A DNA stretch of 64,000 bases from Dictyoglomaceae bacterium (lineage in GTDB: Bacteria; Dictyoglomota; Dictyoglomia; Dictyoglomales; Dictyoglomaceae), in the NCBI GenBank assembly GCA_049718665.1, contig JBNARO010000004.1, forward strand, positions 7,815-71,814. The letters run 5' to 3'. Each line of letters begins with the position of its first letter. Position 1 is the stretch's first letter. Shown here piece after piece: positions 44,162-54,225 of this stretch. The position numbers and the translations under genes are program-made. The notes under the pieces are model-generated. The model was given only the letters and a program-made list of their open reading frames with translations, searched no databases and was not told where the DNA came from.

Positions 44162-45412
44162 TTATGAAAGTTTTGGAAAATATTCTTTATTTGCTTCTAT
44201 GAGAGCTGATAAGACCTTTTCAGCTAAGGTTAATGAAGAAACTAAAGGATGCTGAGCCAGTGCCCAAAGAGCTTTTTTATAAGACCCCTCTATCGCTGAC
44301 TCTATGGTTAATTCCTCATAGGTTTTTACCGCCTGAATAATTCCTCTTACTTCCAGGGGTAGATTTCCAATCACATATCTTTGAATTCTTTCTCCTTCTA
44401 TATACACAGGAATTTCTACTACGCTGTTTTGGGGAAGGTCAAAGATTGCTCCTTGATTTGTTATATTTACAATTTGGAATCCTTTTCTTAAACCAAGTAA
44501 ATGAAATATTAGATTAACTGCAGATTTAGAATATAAAGCACCCCCTCTTTTTTCCAATTCCTTTGGCTTTTCGTCTAAATTGAGATCTTGATAAAGTTTA
44601 AATAAATTTTCTTCTATCTTTACCACCTCCTCCGCTCTTTTTGGCTTATTTTTTAATTCTTCTACTTTTTCCTCTCTAAAATAAAAATATCTTAAGTAGT
44701 AATTTGGGAACATGTTTAAATACTCTAATACCTTTCTTTCTTCTTCAGGAAGAAATTCCTTTATTTTATTAAAGGCTTCTTCTGTTCTATCTTTTCCATT
44801 GACGAATACTTTTCTCACAAAGGTCAAATGATTTAATCCAAAGTAATCTAAGAACACCTCTTCCAAAGAAACATTTAAAATTTTTGCAAAATGGTTTTGA
44901 AAATTTATAGCTACATTACATAGTCCTAAAACTTTGACTTTTGAATATTTTGAAATAGCTTCTGTTATAATTCCAGAAGGATTTGCAAAATTTATTAACC
45001 AAGCATTGGGAGAGAATTTTTCTATTTTTTTAGCAATATTTAAAGCTACAGGAATAGTTCTTAAGGCATTAGCAAATCCTCCAGGTCCTGTGGTTTCTTG
45101 TCCTAAAAGATTAAATTGTAAGGGAACAGTCTCATCAAGAAGTCTTGCTCTTTGTCCACCTACTCTTATTTGATTTATCACAAAATCTGCGTTCTCTAAA
45201 GCTTCCTCTAAAAATAAAGTAGTTTTTAAAATTATATTTGCTTTTTTCTTATTTATTATCCTTTTAGAAAAATCTGCTATAATTTTCAATCTTTCCTCAT
45301 TTATGTCCATCAAATAAACTTCTAAAGGAAAAACTTCCATGGAAAGCTCTATAAAGCCTTCCATCAATTCAGGAGTATAGCTACTTCCTCCTCCAATAAC
45401 TGATATTTTCAT
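44162..45412 (-). CDS. GH4 NAD/Mn-dependent 6-phospho-glycosidase
   Basis: MKISVIGGGSSYTPEL NAD loop, GLCN metal-binding Cys motif. 416 aa. Confidence 0.88.
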   Translation of the reverse strand: MKISVIGGGSSYTPELMEGFIELSMEVFPLEVYLMDINEERLKIIADFSKRIINKKKANIILKTTLFLEEALENADFVINQIRVGGQRARLLDETVPLQFNLLGQETTGPGGFANALRTIPVALNIAKKIEKFSPNAWLINFANPSGIITEAISKYSKVKVLGLCNVAINFQNHFAKILNVSLEEVFLDYFGLNHLTFVRKVFVNGKDRTEEAFNKIKEFLPEEERKVLEYLNMFPNYYLRYFYFREEKVEELKNKPKRAEEVVKIEENLFKLYQDLNLDEKPKELEKRGGALYSKSAVNLIFHLLGLRKGFQIVNITNQGAIFDLPQNSVVEIPVYIEGERIQRYVIGNLPLEVRGIIQAVKTYEELTIESAIEGSYKKALWALAQHPLVSSLTLAEKVLSALIEANKEYFPKLS

Positions 45413-45567
45413 CTTTTCCCTCCTACTAAATTTTCATAATGATTATATCAATTATCAAATAAATTGTAAAGAAAATTAATTAATGAGATTTAACTATCTT
45501 TATAATTGACATTGTTAATTATGAATGGATAAAATTCAAGTGTTTAATTTGGAAAGAAGGAGGAAGA

Positions 45568-46416
45568 ATGGAGGAGAAGAAAAAAGCATATTTTTTGCTT
45601 CTTATTGGGACTATAGCTATGTCTACAGCTTCTTTATTCATAAGGTTAACAGAAGCTCCTCCTTTGATTATTGCTACTTATAGGTTAATCATATCTTCTT
45701 TAATCCTTCTTTTAATATATAGAGATAGAATAAAAATAGAGAAAAGTATTTTCCTCTTCCTTATTCTTTCTGGGCTTTCCCTTGGAGTCCATTTCTATAC
45801 TTGGATTTCTTCGGTTTTTCTAACCTCTATAGCTAATGCTGTAGTTTTAGTAAATACCAATCCTCTCTTTGTTGTTTTATTTTCCATTCTATTTGATAAA
45901 AAGAGACTACCTTTTTATTATTTTCTCTCCTTAGCTTTTGTTCTTTTTGGGATGATCTTGATAGCAAATAACAGTTTAAATACTTCTTTGGGAAAAGGAG
46001 AACTTCTTGCCCTTATTGCTGGATTTTGCATGGCTATATATCTATATATAGGGCAAAAATTGTCTGAAAAGATCTCACTTATAAGTTATATTTTTGGAGT
46101 CTATGGAACTTCTGCTATATTTCTTTTCATTGTTACTCTTTTTTCTCCTTATCCTTTATTCTCTTATCCTTTAAAGAGCTATTTTTGCTTTTTGCTCCTT
46201 GCTCTTATTCCTCAACTTTTAGGACATTCTTCAGTAAATTATGCTTTAAGGATTCTTCCCGCAAGCTCTGTAGCATTAGTAATATTGGGGGAGAATGTTT
46301 TTGCAACTTTCTGGGCATATATCTTCTTAAATGAAACCATCTCTTTTTATCAAGGTTTAGGAATGTTAATGATAACTCTTGCTATTATGTATAATGCTAT
46401 GAAAGAAAGATCTTAA
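45568..46416 (+). CDS. EamA/DMT-family transporter
   Basis: 282 aa with 10 predicted TM helices as two EamA repeats. Confidence 0.8.
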   Translation: MEEKKKAYFLLLIGTIAMSTASLFIRLTEAPPLIIATYRLIISSLILLLIYRDRIKIEKSIFLFLILSGLSLGVHFYTWISSVFLTSIANAVVLVNTNPLFVVLFSILFDKKRLPFYYFLSLAFVLFGMILIANNSLNTSLGKGELLALIAGFCMAIYLYIGQKLSEKISLISYIFGVYGTSAIFLFIVTLFSPYPLFSYPLKSYFCFLLLALIPQLLGHSSVNYALRILPASSVALVILGENVFATFWAYIFLNETISFYQGLGMLMITLAIMYNAMKERS

Positions 46417-46431
46417 ACCTTTGGAAAATAT

Positions 46432-47583
46432 TTACCTGTTGAAATGATTGATAAATCCTAAAACTCCCGCACCTAATATAAGGGCATTTTCTCCAAGGTT
46501 TGAATAATAAAGGGTAATTTTGGACCTCAATTGAGGAAATATATTGGGGAGTATGTATTCCTTAAGTTTTTCAGTTATATATCTTAAACCTTCTTTTGGG
46601 ATGTTCCCTGATACACAGAGGGCTTGAGGTGGAAAAATTTGAATAACATTTGCCAAAGAAATTCCTAAATATTTTAAGGCTTTTTCTAAACTTTCTATTT
46701 TTTTTCCCTTTATAGCAAGATTTAAAATCTCGATTATATCTGAAGATTTATTATAATTTTCAATAATAACAGGAATAGATGCAACAGTTTCTAAACACCC
46801 CTTCTTCTCACACCAACATTCTTTTCCATCTATATCTACAATGGTATGACCTATTTCTCCAATAATTCCATCATATCCATCTAATACTCTATCATTCAAA
46901 TAAACCCCTAATCCAATTCCTTTACTTAGTAGAAGATAATAAAAGTTTCTATAATTTCTTCCTTCTCCATACCAATTTTCTGCTAATATCCCAGCATTTG
47001 TGTCTTTTTGCATATAAAAAGGCAAAGAAAAGTTTTTGTTTATAATTTCTTTTAAATTCACATCTTTCCAGTTTAAACTTGTAGATAATATTACTCTGCC
47101 AGAGCTAAGTTCAAGAAGTCCTGGGACTGAGGCTGAAATGGCAACAATTTTGTCTTTAAAAGATTCATATAACTTCTCTATTAAATCCAGAAGATCCTCT
47201 ATATTTTTCATTTTTACAGAACTACTTTTTAATATTTCTCCTTGAGGATTTACAATGGCTCCTTTTATGTAGATTCCAGAAAGGTCTAATGCTAAAACTA
47301 AAAGTTTAGGATTTATAGAAAGTTTTGTTGGTCTTCTTCCACGGGATGTATTAACTCTTCCTAATTCTACAATAAAGTTCTTAGAAAGAAGTTCTTCAGT
47401 GATCTCTGTAATAGCAGTTTTTGTTAGCTTTGTAATTCGAGAAAGCTCTGCACGAGATTTTGGTCCCTGTTTCATGAGAACTTCAAGGACCAAATTTTTA
47501 TTATAGTTTCCCACGTGTTCTGGAGTTCTTCTTTCTCTCATATTTTCTCCTTTTGTAAACCTACTTGACAAATTTTTTCCCAT
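46432..47583 (-). CDS. ROK-family transcriptional regulator (N-terminal wHTH)
   Basis: wHTH (SRAELSRITKLTKTAITEITEEL) and the ROK zinc motif GEIGHT...CWCEKKGCLE. Confidence 0.88.
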   Translation of the reverse strand: MGKNLSSRFTKGENMRERRTPEHVGNYNKNLVLEVLMKQGPKSRAELSRITKLTKTAITEITEELLSKNFIVELGRVNTSRGRRPTKLSINPKLLVLALDLSGIYIKGAIVNPQGEILKSSSVKMKNIEDLLDLIEKLYESFKDKIVAISASVPGLLELSSGRVILSTSLNWKDVNLKEIINKNFSLPFYMQKDTNAGILAENWYGEGRNYRNFYYLLLSKGIGLGVYLNDRVLDGYDGIIGEIGHTIVDIDGKECWCEKKGCLETVASIPVIIENYNKSSDIIEILNLAIKGKKIESLEKALKYLGISLANVIQIFPPQALCVSGNIPKEGLRYITEKLKEYILPNIFPQLRSKITLYYSNLGENALILGAGVLGFINHFNR

Positions 47584-47641
47584 ATTATATATTATCCCTA
47601 GAAAATTTTAAAGTTATATTGAAGAATTTTGGAGGCAAAAG

Positions 47642-48685
47642 GTGGGAAAACTTAAAAGAGAATTGAGAAAAATAGCGGGAAGTGTAATATTAAAAAGGTT
47701 TTTAAAATCCATCTTTACAATTCTTGTAGTAGTAACTTTGACTTTCTTTATAATAAGACTCATGCCATCAAATCCAATTCAAATCTATATAAACCAATTA
47801 ATTTCTCAATATGGAATGACCTATGAAGAAGCAAAAACCTTAGCAGCATCTTTATTTTCTATTGATCTTAATAGACCTATTATTCTTCAGTATTTAGATT
47901 TCCTGAAAAATCTTTTAAAAGGGGATCTTGGAGTATCTTTCTTATCCCGTGGAACTAAGGTTACTTCAATCATTAAAGAATTTTTACCTTGGACTCTTTT
48001 TAGTGTGGGAGTTTCATTATTAATTAGTTTTACCTTGGGGATTATTCTGGGAATGTTAATTGCATATAAAAGAGGAGGAGTAATAGATTTTATTATTACA
48101 AGTCTTGCTTCTATACTGAGTTCTATCCCTAACTATCTTATTGGAATTATGATTTTGGTTTTTCTTGGGGTTCAATGGAGAATTGTTCCTATTGAGGCTA
48201 TGAGAGGATCTTTATCTCCTGGAGTAAAGCCTGGCTTTACATTAACCTTTATAAAAGATGTTTTCTTTCATGCTTCTATGCCCATCTTAACCTATGTTAT
48301 AAGTACCATTGGTAGTTGGATTCTTACTATGAAAAGTAGCACCCTTTCTACCTTAGGAGAAGATTATGTAATGGTAGCAAAGGCAAGAGGACTGAAGGAA
48401 AGTAGGATCACCTTTTCTTATGTAGGAAGAAATGCAATCTTACCTTTATTTACCAGCCTAACTATATCCTTGGGATTTATTGTAGGAGGCTCTGTCCTTA
48501 TTGAAAGTATATTTGTATATAAAGGGATTGGATGGGTCCTTTGGAGTAGCATCCATTCAAGAGATTATCCAGTAATGCAAGGAGTATTTTTGATAATAAC
48601 CATATCAGTTATTATGGCAAATTTCTTAGCGGATTTGCTTTATAGTAGGCTTGATCCAAGGATTAGAACTTCTGGAGGTGAATAA
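47642..48685 (+). CDS. Opp/Dpp-type ABC permease (DppB-like)
   Basis: 347-aa BPD-transporter permease that begins the five-gene operon. Confidence 0.88.
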   Translation: MGKLKRELRKIAGSVILKRFLKSIFTILVVVTLTFFIIRLMPSNPIQIYINQLISQYGMTYEEAKTLAASLFSIDLNRPIILQYLDFLKNLLKGDLGVSFLSRGTKVTSIIKEFLPWTLFSVGVSLLISFTLGIILGMLIAYKRGGVIDFIITSLASILSSIPNYLIGIMILVFLGVQWRIVPIEAMRGSLSPGVKPGFTLTFIKDVFFHASMPILTYVISTIGSWILTMKSSTLSTLGEDYVMVAKARGLKESRITFSYVGRNAILPLFTSLTISLGFIVGGSVLIESIFVYKGIGWVLWSSIHSRDYPVMQGVFLIITISVIMANFLADLLYSRLDPRIRTSGGE

Positions 48686-49572
48686 TGGATAAGAAGTTAA
48701 GAAAATTTAATCTAATCTTGGGTTCTTTGAAAGATACTTTTAGATTATTAAAGAGAAATAAAGTAGGCTTTATAGGATTTTTAATTCTTGTTTTTATTAT
48801 ATTAATGTCCTTCATTGGGCCTTATATAGTTCCCTTTGATACTACATCAAGATTAGATAAGATATATGTAAAACCTTCCTGGGAACATCCTCTTGGGACT
48901 GATAGTCAAGGAAGAGACATTTTAAGCCAAATTGTTCATGGGGGAAGAGATGTCCTTATTGTTGCCTTTCTGACAGGACTTCTTTCTACCTTGATTGCAG
49001 TAACTCTTGGTTCTCTAAGTGCCTTTATTGGTGGGAGATTTGATTATTTAATTACCAGTTTGGCAGATATTGTTTTAACTATTCCCCATTTTCCTCTTCT
49101 TTCTGTTTTAGCTGCTTTTATTAGATTAAAAAGTTCCTTTATGATAGCCTTTATTCTTGCTCTTCTCTCCTGGCCAGGACTTTTGAGAGCGGTAAGGGCA
49201 CAAGTTTTATCCATAAAAGAGAGAGATTTTATAGAAGCTGCAAGAGCCTTAGATTTAGGAACATCCTATATTGTCTTCTCAGAGATCCTTCCCAATATGA
49301 TGAATTATATTGTTATAAGTTTTATTCTTTCTATGACTTCTGCAGTGTATGCTCAAGTGGGATTGATACTTTTAGGATTAGTTCCATTGGCAAGCCATAA
49401 TTGGGGAGTTATGATAAACTTTGCTTGGACCAGAGGAGCCATATTTTACAAACATAGTATTTTTTATATCCTTTCTCCTATAATTGCTATTTCTCTTTTT
49501 CAATGGTCCTTAATATCCTTTACCCGTTCCTTAGAAGAAATATTTAATCCAAGATTAGGTCAGGGAGTGTAA
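48685..49572 (+). CDS. Opp/Dpp-type ABC permease (DppC-like)
   Basis: HPLGTDSQGRD periplasmic-loop motif typical of DppC/OppC. ATG overlaps the previous stop. Confidence 0.88.
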   Translation: MDKKLRKFNLILGSLKDTFRLLKRNKVGFIGFLILVFIILMSFIGPYIVPFDTTSRLDKIYVKPSWEHPLGTDSQGRDILSQIVHGGRDVLIVAFLTGLLSTLIAVTLGSLSAFIGGRFDYLITSLADIVLTIPHFPLLSVLAAFIRLKSSFMIAFILALLSWPGLLRAVRAQVLSIKERDFIEAARALDLGTSYIVFSEILPNMMNYIVISFILSMTSAVYAQVGLILLGLVPLASHNWGVMINFAWTRGAIFYKHSIFYILSPIIAISLFQWSLISFTRSLEEIFNPRLGQGV

Positions 49573-49574
49573 AT

Positions 49575-50573
49575 ATGGAAAGTATTTTGAAAATAGAAGA
49601 TCTTTATATTGACTACAGGGCAAGAAGAGGATTAGTTAAGGCTGTAAGAGGAGTTAGTTTAGAAGTATATAAAGGAGAGACTCTTGGTATTATTGGAGAA
49701 AGTGGCTCAGGGAAAACTACTCTTGGACTTTCTATAATCAAGCTTCTGCCATCCTCTGCACGGATATCTCAGGGGAAAATATGGTATCAAGCTAATGGTA
49801 AAAAGTATGAGGTGATTAGTTTAGACGGTGGTAAATTAAGAAAATTTAGGTGGAAAGAAATTGCTATGGTTTTTCAGTCTGCTTTAAATGCCTTTAATCC
49901 TGTAATTAAAATTTGGGACCATATTTTGGATACTGTAGAGTCTCATGATGTTAAAATAACCAAAGAGGAGTTAAGAACGAAAGTATTAGAACTTTTAAGA
50001 TTAGTGCAATTAGACCCAGAAAGGGTGTTGAAATCTTACCCTCATGAACTTTCAGGAGGAATGAGACAAAGAGTATTAATTGCTCTTGCCTTGCTTTTAG
50101 ATCCCCAGATTGTTATTCTTGATGAACCTACCACTGCACTGGATATCTTAAGTCAAAGGAGTATATTAGAGCTTTTGAAAAAAATTAAGAAGGAATTGGA
50201 TCTTACCATAATATTAATATCCCATGATCTTTCCTTAGCTGCAGAACTTGCAGACAGAGTTGCGGTTATGTATGCGGGAAGCTTAGTAGAAGTAGGTTCT
50301 GTTTATGATATCTTTTATAGACCCCTTCACCCATATACTTTAGGACTTATAAAGGCAGTTCCTACAGTTTCTACTTCTTTTAGAGAATTAACATCTATCC
50401 CAGGTTCACCTCCAGATTTAATAGACTTACCACCAGGATGTAAATTTCATCCAAGATGTGAGTATAAAAAAGAAGAATGTTTAAGAGAGGAGCCTAAGTT
50501 AGTTGAGGCCTCTCCTAATCATTATGTAGCATGCTATAGATGGGAGAAGATAAAAGATGGAAAAAATAATTGA
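49575..50573 (+). CDS. Opp/Dpp-type ABC ATPase (DppD-like)
   Basis: GESGSGKTT, LSGGMRQRV, ILDEPT, and a C-terminal Cys-rich oligopeptide-type extension. Confidence 0.9.
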   Translation: MESILKIEDLYIDYRARRGLVKAVRGVSLEVYKGETLGIIGESGSGKTTLGLSIIKLLPSSARISQGKIWYQANGKKYEVISLDGGKLRKFRWKEIAMVFQSALNAFNPVIKIWDHILDTVESHDVKITKEELRTKVLELLRLVQLDPERVLKSYPHELSGGMRQRVLIALALLLDPQIVILDEPTTALDILSQRSILELLKKIKKELDLTIILISHDLSLAAELADRVAVMYAGSLVEVGSVYDIFYRPLHPYTLGLIKAVPTVSTSFRELTSIPGSPPDLIDLPPGCKFHPRCEYKKEECLREEPKLVEASPNHYVACYRWEKIKDGKNN

Positions 50574-51555
50574 ATTGAAAAATGTTAATAAATTTTTTAC
50601 TGTTGGTGGAGGATTTTTTAACCCAAAGAAAACTTTAAGGGTTTTGGAAAATTTGAATTTATCAATTAGAAAAGGAGAGATTCTTTGTCTTGTAGGAGAA
50701 TCTGGATGTGGAAAGACTACTACAGGAAAGCTTATTGCGGGACTTATAAAACCTACATCAGGAGAAATATTATTTTATGGAAAAGACATATGGAAAATGG
50801 ATAAAACCGAATTTAAGAATTATAGAAGATCTGTCCAGATTGTTCATCAGGATCCATATTCTTCTCTAAATCCTGTAAAGACTATTTATGATATTCTTAG
50901 CGCTCCTTTGTTAAAACATCATATAGTAAGTAGCAATGGAATATGTGAAGAAAAAATTTCTGAACTTTTAAAGATTGTAGATTTAACTCCTGCCGAAGAT
51001 TTTATCTATAAATATCCTCATCAGCTTTCTGGGGGTCAAAGACAAAGGGTTGTCATTGCAAGAGCTTTAACTTTAAATCCAGAATTTATTGTAGCAGATG
51101 AAGCGGTATCAATGCTTGATGTGTCAATAAGATTGAGCATTATAAAATTACTTCTTTCTTTGAAAGAGAATTTTAACATGACCTTTTTATTTATAACCCA
51201 TGATCTTGCTATGGCAAAATATTTTGGGTGGAATGGGAAAATTGCAGTGATGTATCTTGGAAGAATTGTAGAGATGGGACCTACCCCAAGAGTTTTAGAG
51301 AATCCATTGCACCCTTATACCAAAGCTCTTCTCTTGGCAGTACCAGAGGCGGATCCAGAGGTTACAAGGAATAAGAAAGTTATGGAGCTAAGAAGTCTTG
51401 ACCTTCCGAGTCTTCTAAATCTTCCTCCTGGATGTAGATTTAGTAATCGTTGTCCATATATGGAACCTGGAAAATGTGATAAGGTAGAGCCAAATCTTTA
51501 TGAGGTAGAAAAAGAGCATTATGTGGCTTGTGAATTATACGGAAGGGAAGTATGA
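50557..51555 (+). CDS. Opp/Dpp-type ABC ATPase (DppF-like)
   Basis: GESGCGKTT, LSGGQRQRV, VADEAVS, and a C-terminal CRF.NRCP motif. Confidence 0.9.
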   Translation: MEKIIELKNVNKFFTVGGGFFNPKKTLRVLENLNLSIRKGEILCLVGESGCGKTTTGKLIAGLIKPTSGEILFYGKDIWKMDKTEFKNYRRSVQIVHQDPYSSLNPVKTIYDILSAPLLKHHIVSSNGICEEKISELLKIVDLTPAEDFIYKYPHQLSGGQRQRVVIARALTLNPEFIVADEAVSMLDVSIRLSIIKLLLSLKENFNMTFLFITHDLAMAKYFGWNGKIAVMYLGRIVEMGPTPRVLENPLHPYTKALLLAVPEADPEVTRNKKVMELRSLDLPSLLNLPPGCRFSNRCPYMEPGKCDKVEPNLYEVEKEHYVACELYGREV

Positions 51556-51731
51556 ATTCTGAAGTTTCAAGATCTATTTTTAAAATTGGATTTTTCATAT
51601 CTTTCCTTTCAGGGATAATGATTCCTTTCTTGGAAGTTGGGACTGCGACTTTTGTTGTTGATATTTTAGCTTTTATTTCTGGAGCCTTAATTATGATCCT
51701 CTCCCTCTTTATAAGGAAATATTTCAGATAA
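51552..51731 (+). CDS. unlisted 59-codon two-TM small membrane protein
   Basis: ATG overlaps the dppF-like stop (ATGA). MNSEVSRSIFKIGFFISFLSGIMIPFLEVGTATFVVDILAFISGALIMILSLFIRKYFR* has two hydrophobic spans. Falls below the 60-aa track cutoff. Confidence 0.5.
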   Translation: MNSEVSRSIFKIGFFISFLSGIMIPFLEVGTATFVVDILAFISGALIMILSLFIRKYFR

Positions 51732-51807
51732 AAGGGAGGTGAGAGTAGTAAAAAATGTTAACATTCTTCTTTCAGATTCCCAAAAATTTAATTAAGGGGG
51801 TCAAAAA

Positions 51808-53538
51808 ATGAAGCGTTTAATAATTTTGGTTATCCTTCTTAGTATTCTAACAGTTGGGCTTTCTGCCTCTTCTGAAAGAGTTTATGTAGGGGCATGGCCC
51901 TACGATATGCCTCCAGTAGGACATTTTAATACCTTTGTATCAAGGGCTATAACTCTTGGTATTTACTATGAATTAATGCATCAACCATTAGCATTCTACT
52001 ATTGGGCAACAGGAAAGTATGAACCAGTTCTTGCTACAAGTTGGCGTCTTGAACCTGCAAATAAACCTGAATGGTTCATAGTTAACTTAAGAAAAGGCGT
52101 AAAATGGAGCAATGGTCAAGAATTTACGTCTAAGGATGTATTAGCTACTTATTACCTTGGATATCTTATGAACTGGCCTGTATGGAGATATATTGATAAG
52201 GTAGAGGCTTCTGGGAAATATACTGTAAAATTCCATATGAATAACCCATCCTCTGTAGTTCCAAGATATATTTTAAGAACCGATGTTATTAGAGATTACT
52301 CAACCTATGGAGCTTATGCAGATAAAGTTATGGCATTACTTTCTGCAGGAAAAACAAGAGATTCTGATGAAATGAAGAAATTAAGAGCAGAATTTGAGCA
52401 GTTTAGACCAAAAGGTATTGTATCCTCTGGACCTTTTGTATTAGATGTGGATAGAATGACAGAGGCAGAAATAGTTTTAACTAAGAATCCATATTACTGG
52501 AATGCTGAAGCTATTCAATTTGATAAAGTAAGATTAGTAAACGGTGAAACTCCTACTGTTACTCCTATGGTGCTTGCAAAAGAAGTAGATTATGCTACTC
52601 ATGGGTTCCCACCAGCTACAGAGAAACAATTTGTAGAAATAGGGATAAGAATTATAAGACCACCTATATACGGAGGACCTGCTATATTTATAAATCATAA
52701 TATTTATCCTTTGAATAGAGTAGAAGTAAGACAAGCAATGGCATATGCTATAAATAGAAATGAAAATGGATTTGTATCCCTTGGAAAATCAGGAGTTGGT
52801 GTAAAACTTATGGCAGGATTTAGTGACAACTTAGTGCCACTATGGATTTCTAAAGCTGATCAAAAGAAATTAAATCCATACCCTTATGATCCAAAGAAGG
52901 CAGAAGCAATATTAAATGGTATAGGGTTTAAGAGGGATAAGGATGGCATATGGATAGATGATAAAGGAAAGAGAATGGAATATGAATTAATAGTTCCTGC
53001 AGAATATGCTGATTGGTCCGCAGCTGCAGAGAATGCTGCGGCTCAGTTGACAAAATTTGGAATAAAAGTAACAGTCCGTGGAGTAACCTTTGCTCAAGTT
53101 CCTCAAGAGGCAGAACAAGGAAGATTTCAATTACTAATACAGTCGTGGGGTGCGGGACATCCTCATCCTCACTTCTCCTTCTATCAAGATTTGATCAGGT
53201 TTAATTATCCTCTTGGTGTAGGACCTGGAATGAACTTCCCCATGAAGCAAAAAATAAAAGTAGTAGGAGAGGTTGATTTAGACAAATTGATAACAGATTC
53301 TGCAATTGGATTTGACACAAGACTTCAAAAGAAATATATAACTACCCTTGCTTTAGCATTTAACGAACTTCTACCAATAATTCCTCTTTGGGAGCGCTAT
53401 GGAAATAATCCAGCCTTAGATGGAGTAAGAATTACTGGATGGCCACCTGAGGAAGATCCTATTTATAAGAATAGTCCATATTCTGACAATTTTGTAATAA
53501 TAATGCTAACTAAAGGAATATTAAAGCCAGTTAAGTAA
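51808..53538 (+). CDS. ABC transporter substrate-binding protein, family 5 (oligopeptide/oligosaccharide type)
   Basis: Signal peptide, 576 aa, family-5 SBP layout. RBS AAGGGGG. Confidence 0.88.
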   Translation: MKRLIILVILLSILTVGLSASSERVYVGAWPYDMPPVGHFNTFVSRAITLGIYYELMHQPLAFYYWATGKYEPVLATSWRLEPANKPEWFIVNLRKGVKWSNGQEFTSKDVLATYYLGYLMNWPVWRYIDKVEASGKYTVKFHMNNPSSVVPRYILRTDVIRDYSTYGAYADKVMALLSAGKTRDSDEMKKLRAEFEQFRPKGIVSSGPFVLDVDRMTEAEIVLTKNPYYWNAEAIQFDKVRLVNGETPTVTPMVLAKEVDYATHGFPPATEKQFVEIGIRIIRPPIYGGPAIFINHNIYPLNRVEVRQAMAYAINRNENGFVSLGKSGVGVKLMAGFSDNLVPLWISKADQKKLNPYPYDPKKAEAILNGIGFKRDKDGIWIDDKGKRMEYELIVPAEYADWSAAAENAAAQLTKFGIKVTVRGVTFAQVPQEAEQGRFQLLIQSWGAGHPHPHFSFYQDLIRFNYPLGVGPGMNFPMKQKIKVVGEVDLDKLITDSAIGFDTRLQKKYITTLALAFNELLPIIPLWERYGNNPALDGVRITGWPPEEDPIYKNSPYSDNFVIIMLTKGILKPVK

Positions 53539-53557
53539 GAAAAATATTCTTTTTTTC

Positions 53558-53592
53558 GGGGGTGGGATATTCTCCCACCCCTTTTTGTTTTT
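53558..53592 (+). terminator. intrinsic terminator
   Basis: GGGGTGGGA-TATTC-TCCCACCCC stem followed by TTTTTGTTTTT. Confidence 0.8.
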
Positions 53593-53723
53593 AAGAAATT
53601 CCTTTTAAATTTTCTAAGGAAATTTTAAGCTTCTTCTTATTTTTCTTTAAGTTTTACTCTTTAAACTCTTTATCAGTCTCAGGGATAACCTGAGAAGAAA
53701 TTTAAAAAAGGAGGTCTCTAAAA

Positions 53724-54131
53724 ATGAGGTTCAAAAATTTATTAATCTTAGGTTTAGTAATTTTAGGTATTCTTAGTCTTGTCTATGCTTATGGTCCAAG
53801 ATGGGGAGGATATTACAACACAAATCCTCCAGAAATTTTCAAAATATCAGGAACTGTAGAAAAAATATACTATGCTCCAGCCTTAACCATTAGTGTAAAG
53901 ACTGCTTCTGGAGAAAACTTTATAGTAAAAGTAGGCCCCGTATGGCTACAAGACCAAATCAACTTTAAAGTAGGAAGTAAGGTAGAGGTAGAAGGGTATA
54001 AGAGTTATATCTATAACACCAACGTAATAAGAGCTCTTAAACTTACAGTAGATGGGAAAAAGGTTTTTGATATTTCTACAGATATAAATTATGGATTTGG
54101 TAAATGGGGTTATATGAGATGCCACTTTTAA
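53724..54131 (+). CDS. secreted hypothetical protein (OB-fold-like)
   Basis: Signal peptide MRFKNLLILGLVILGILSLVYA and RBS AAGGAGG. No confident family. Confidence 0.6.
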   Translation: MRFKNLLILGLVILGILSLVYAYGPRWGGYYNTNPPEIFKISGTVEKIYYAPALTISVKTASGENFIVKVGPVWLQDQINFKVGSKVEVEGYKSYIYNTNVIRALKLTVDGKKVFDISTDINYGFGKWGYMRCHF

Positions 54132-54149
54132 AAGATAAGTAATATAAAA

Positions 54150-54180
54150 GGACCTCTCCTTTGGGAGAGGTCCTTATTTT
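54150..54180 (+). terminator. intrinsic terminator
   Basis: GGACCTCTCC-TTTG-GGAGAGGTCC perfect 10-bp stem followed by TTATTTT. Confidence 0.8.
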
Positions 54181-54225
54181 CTCTACTATTGACTAATTCT
54201 TCTAAATATTATATATAAATGAGAG

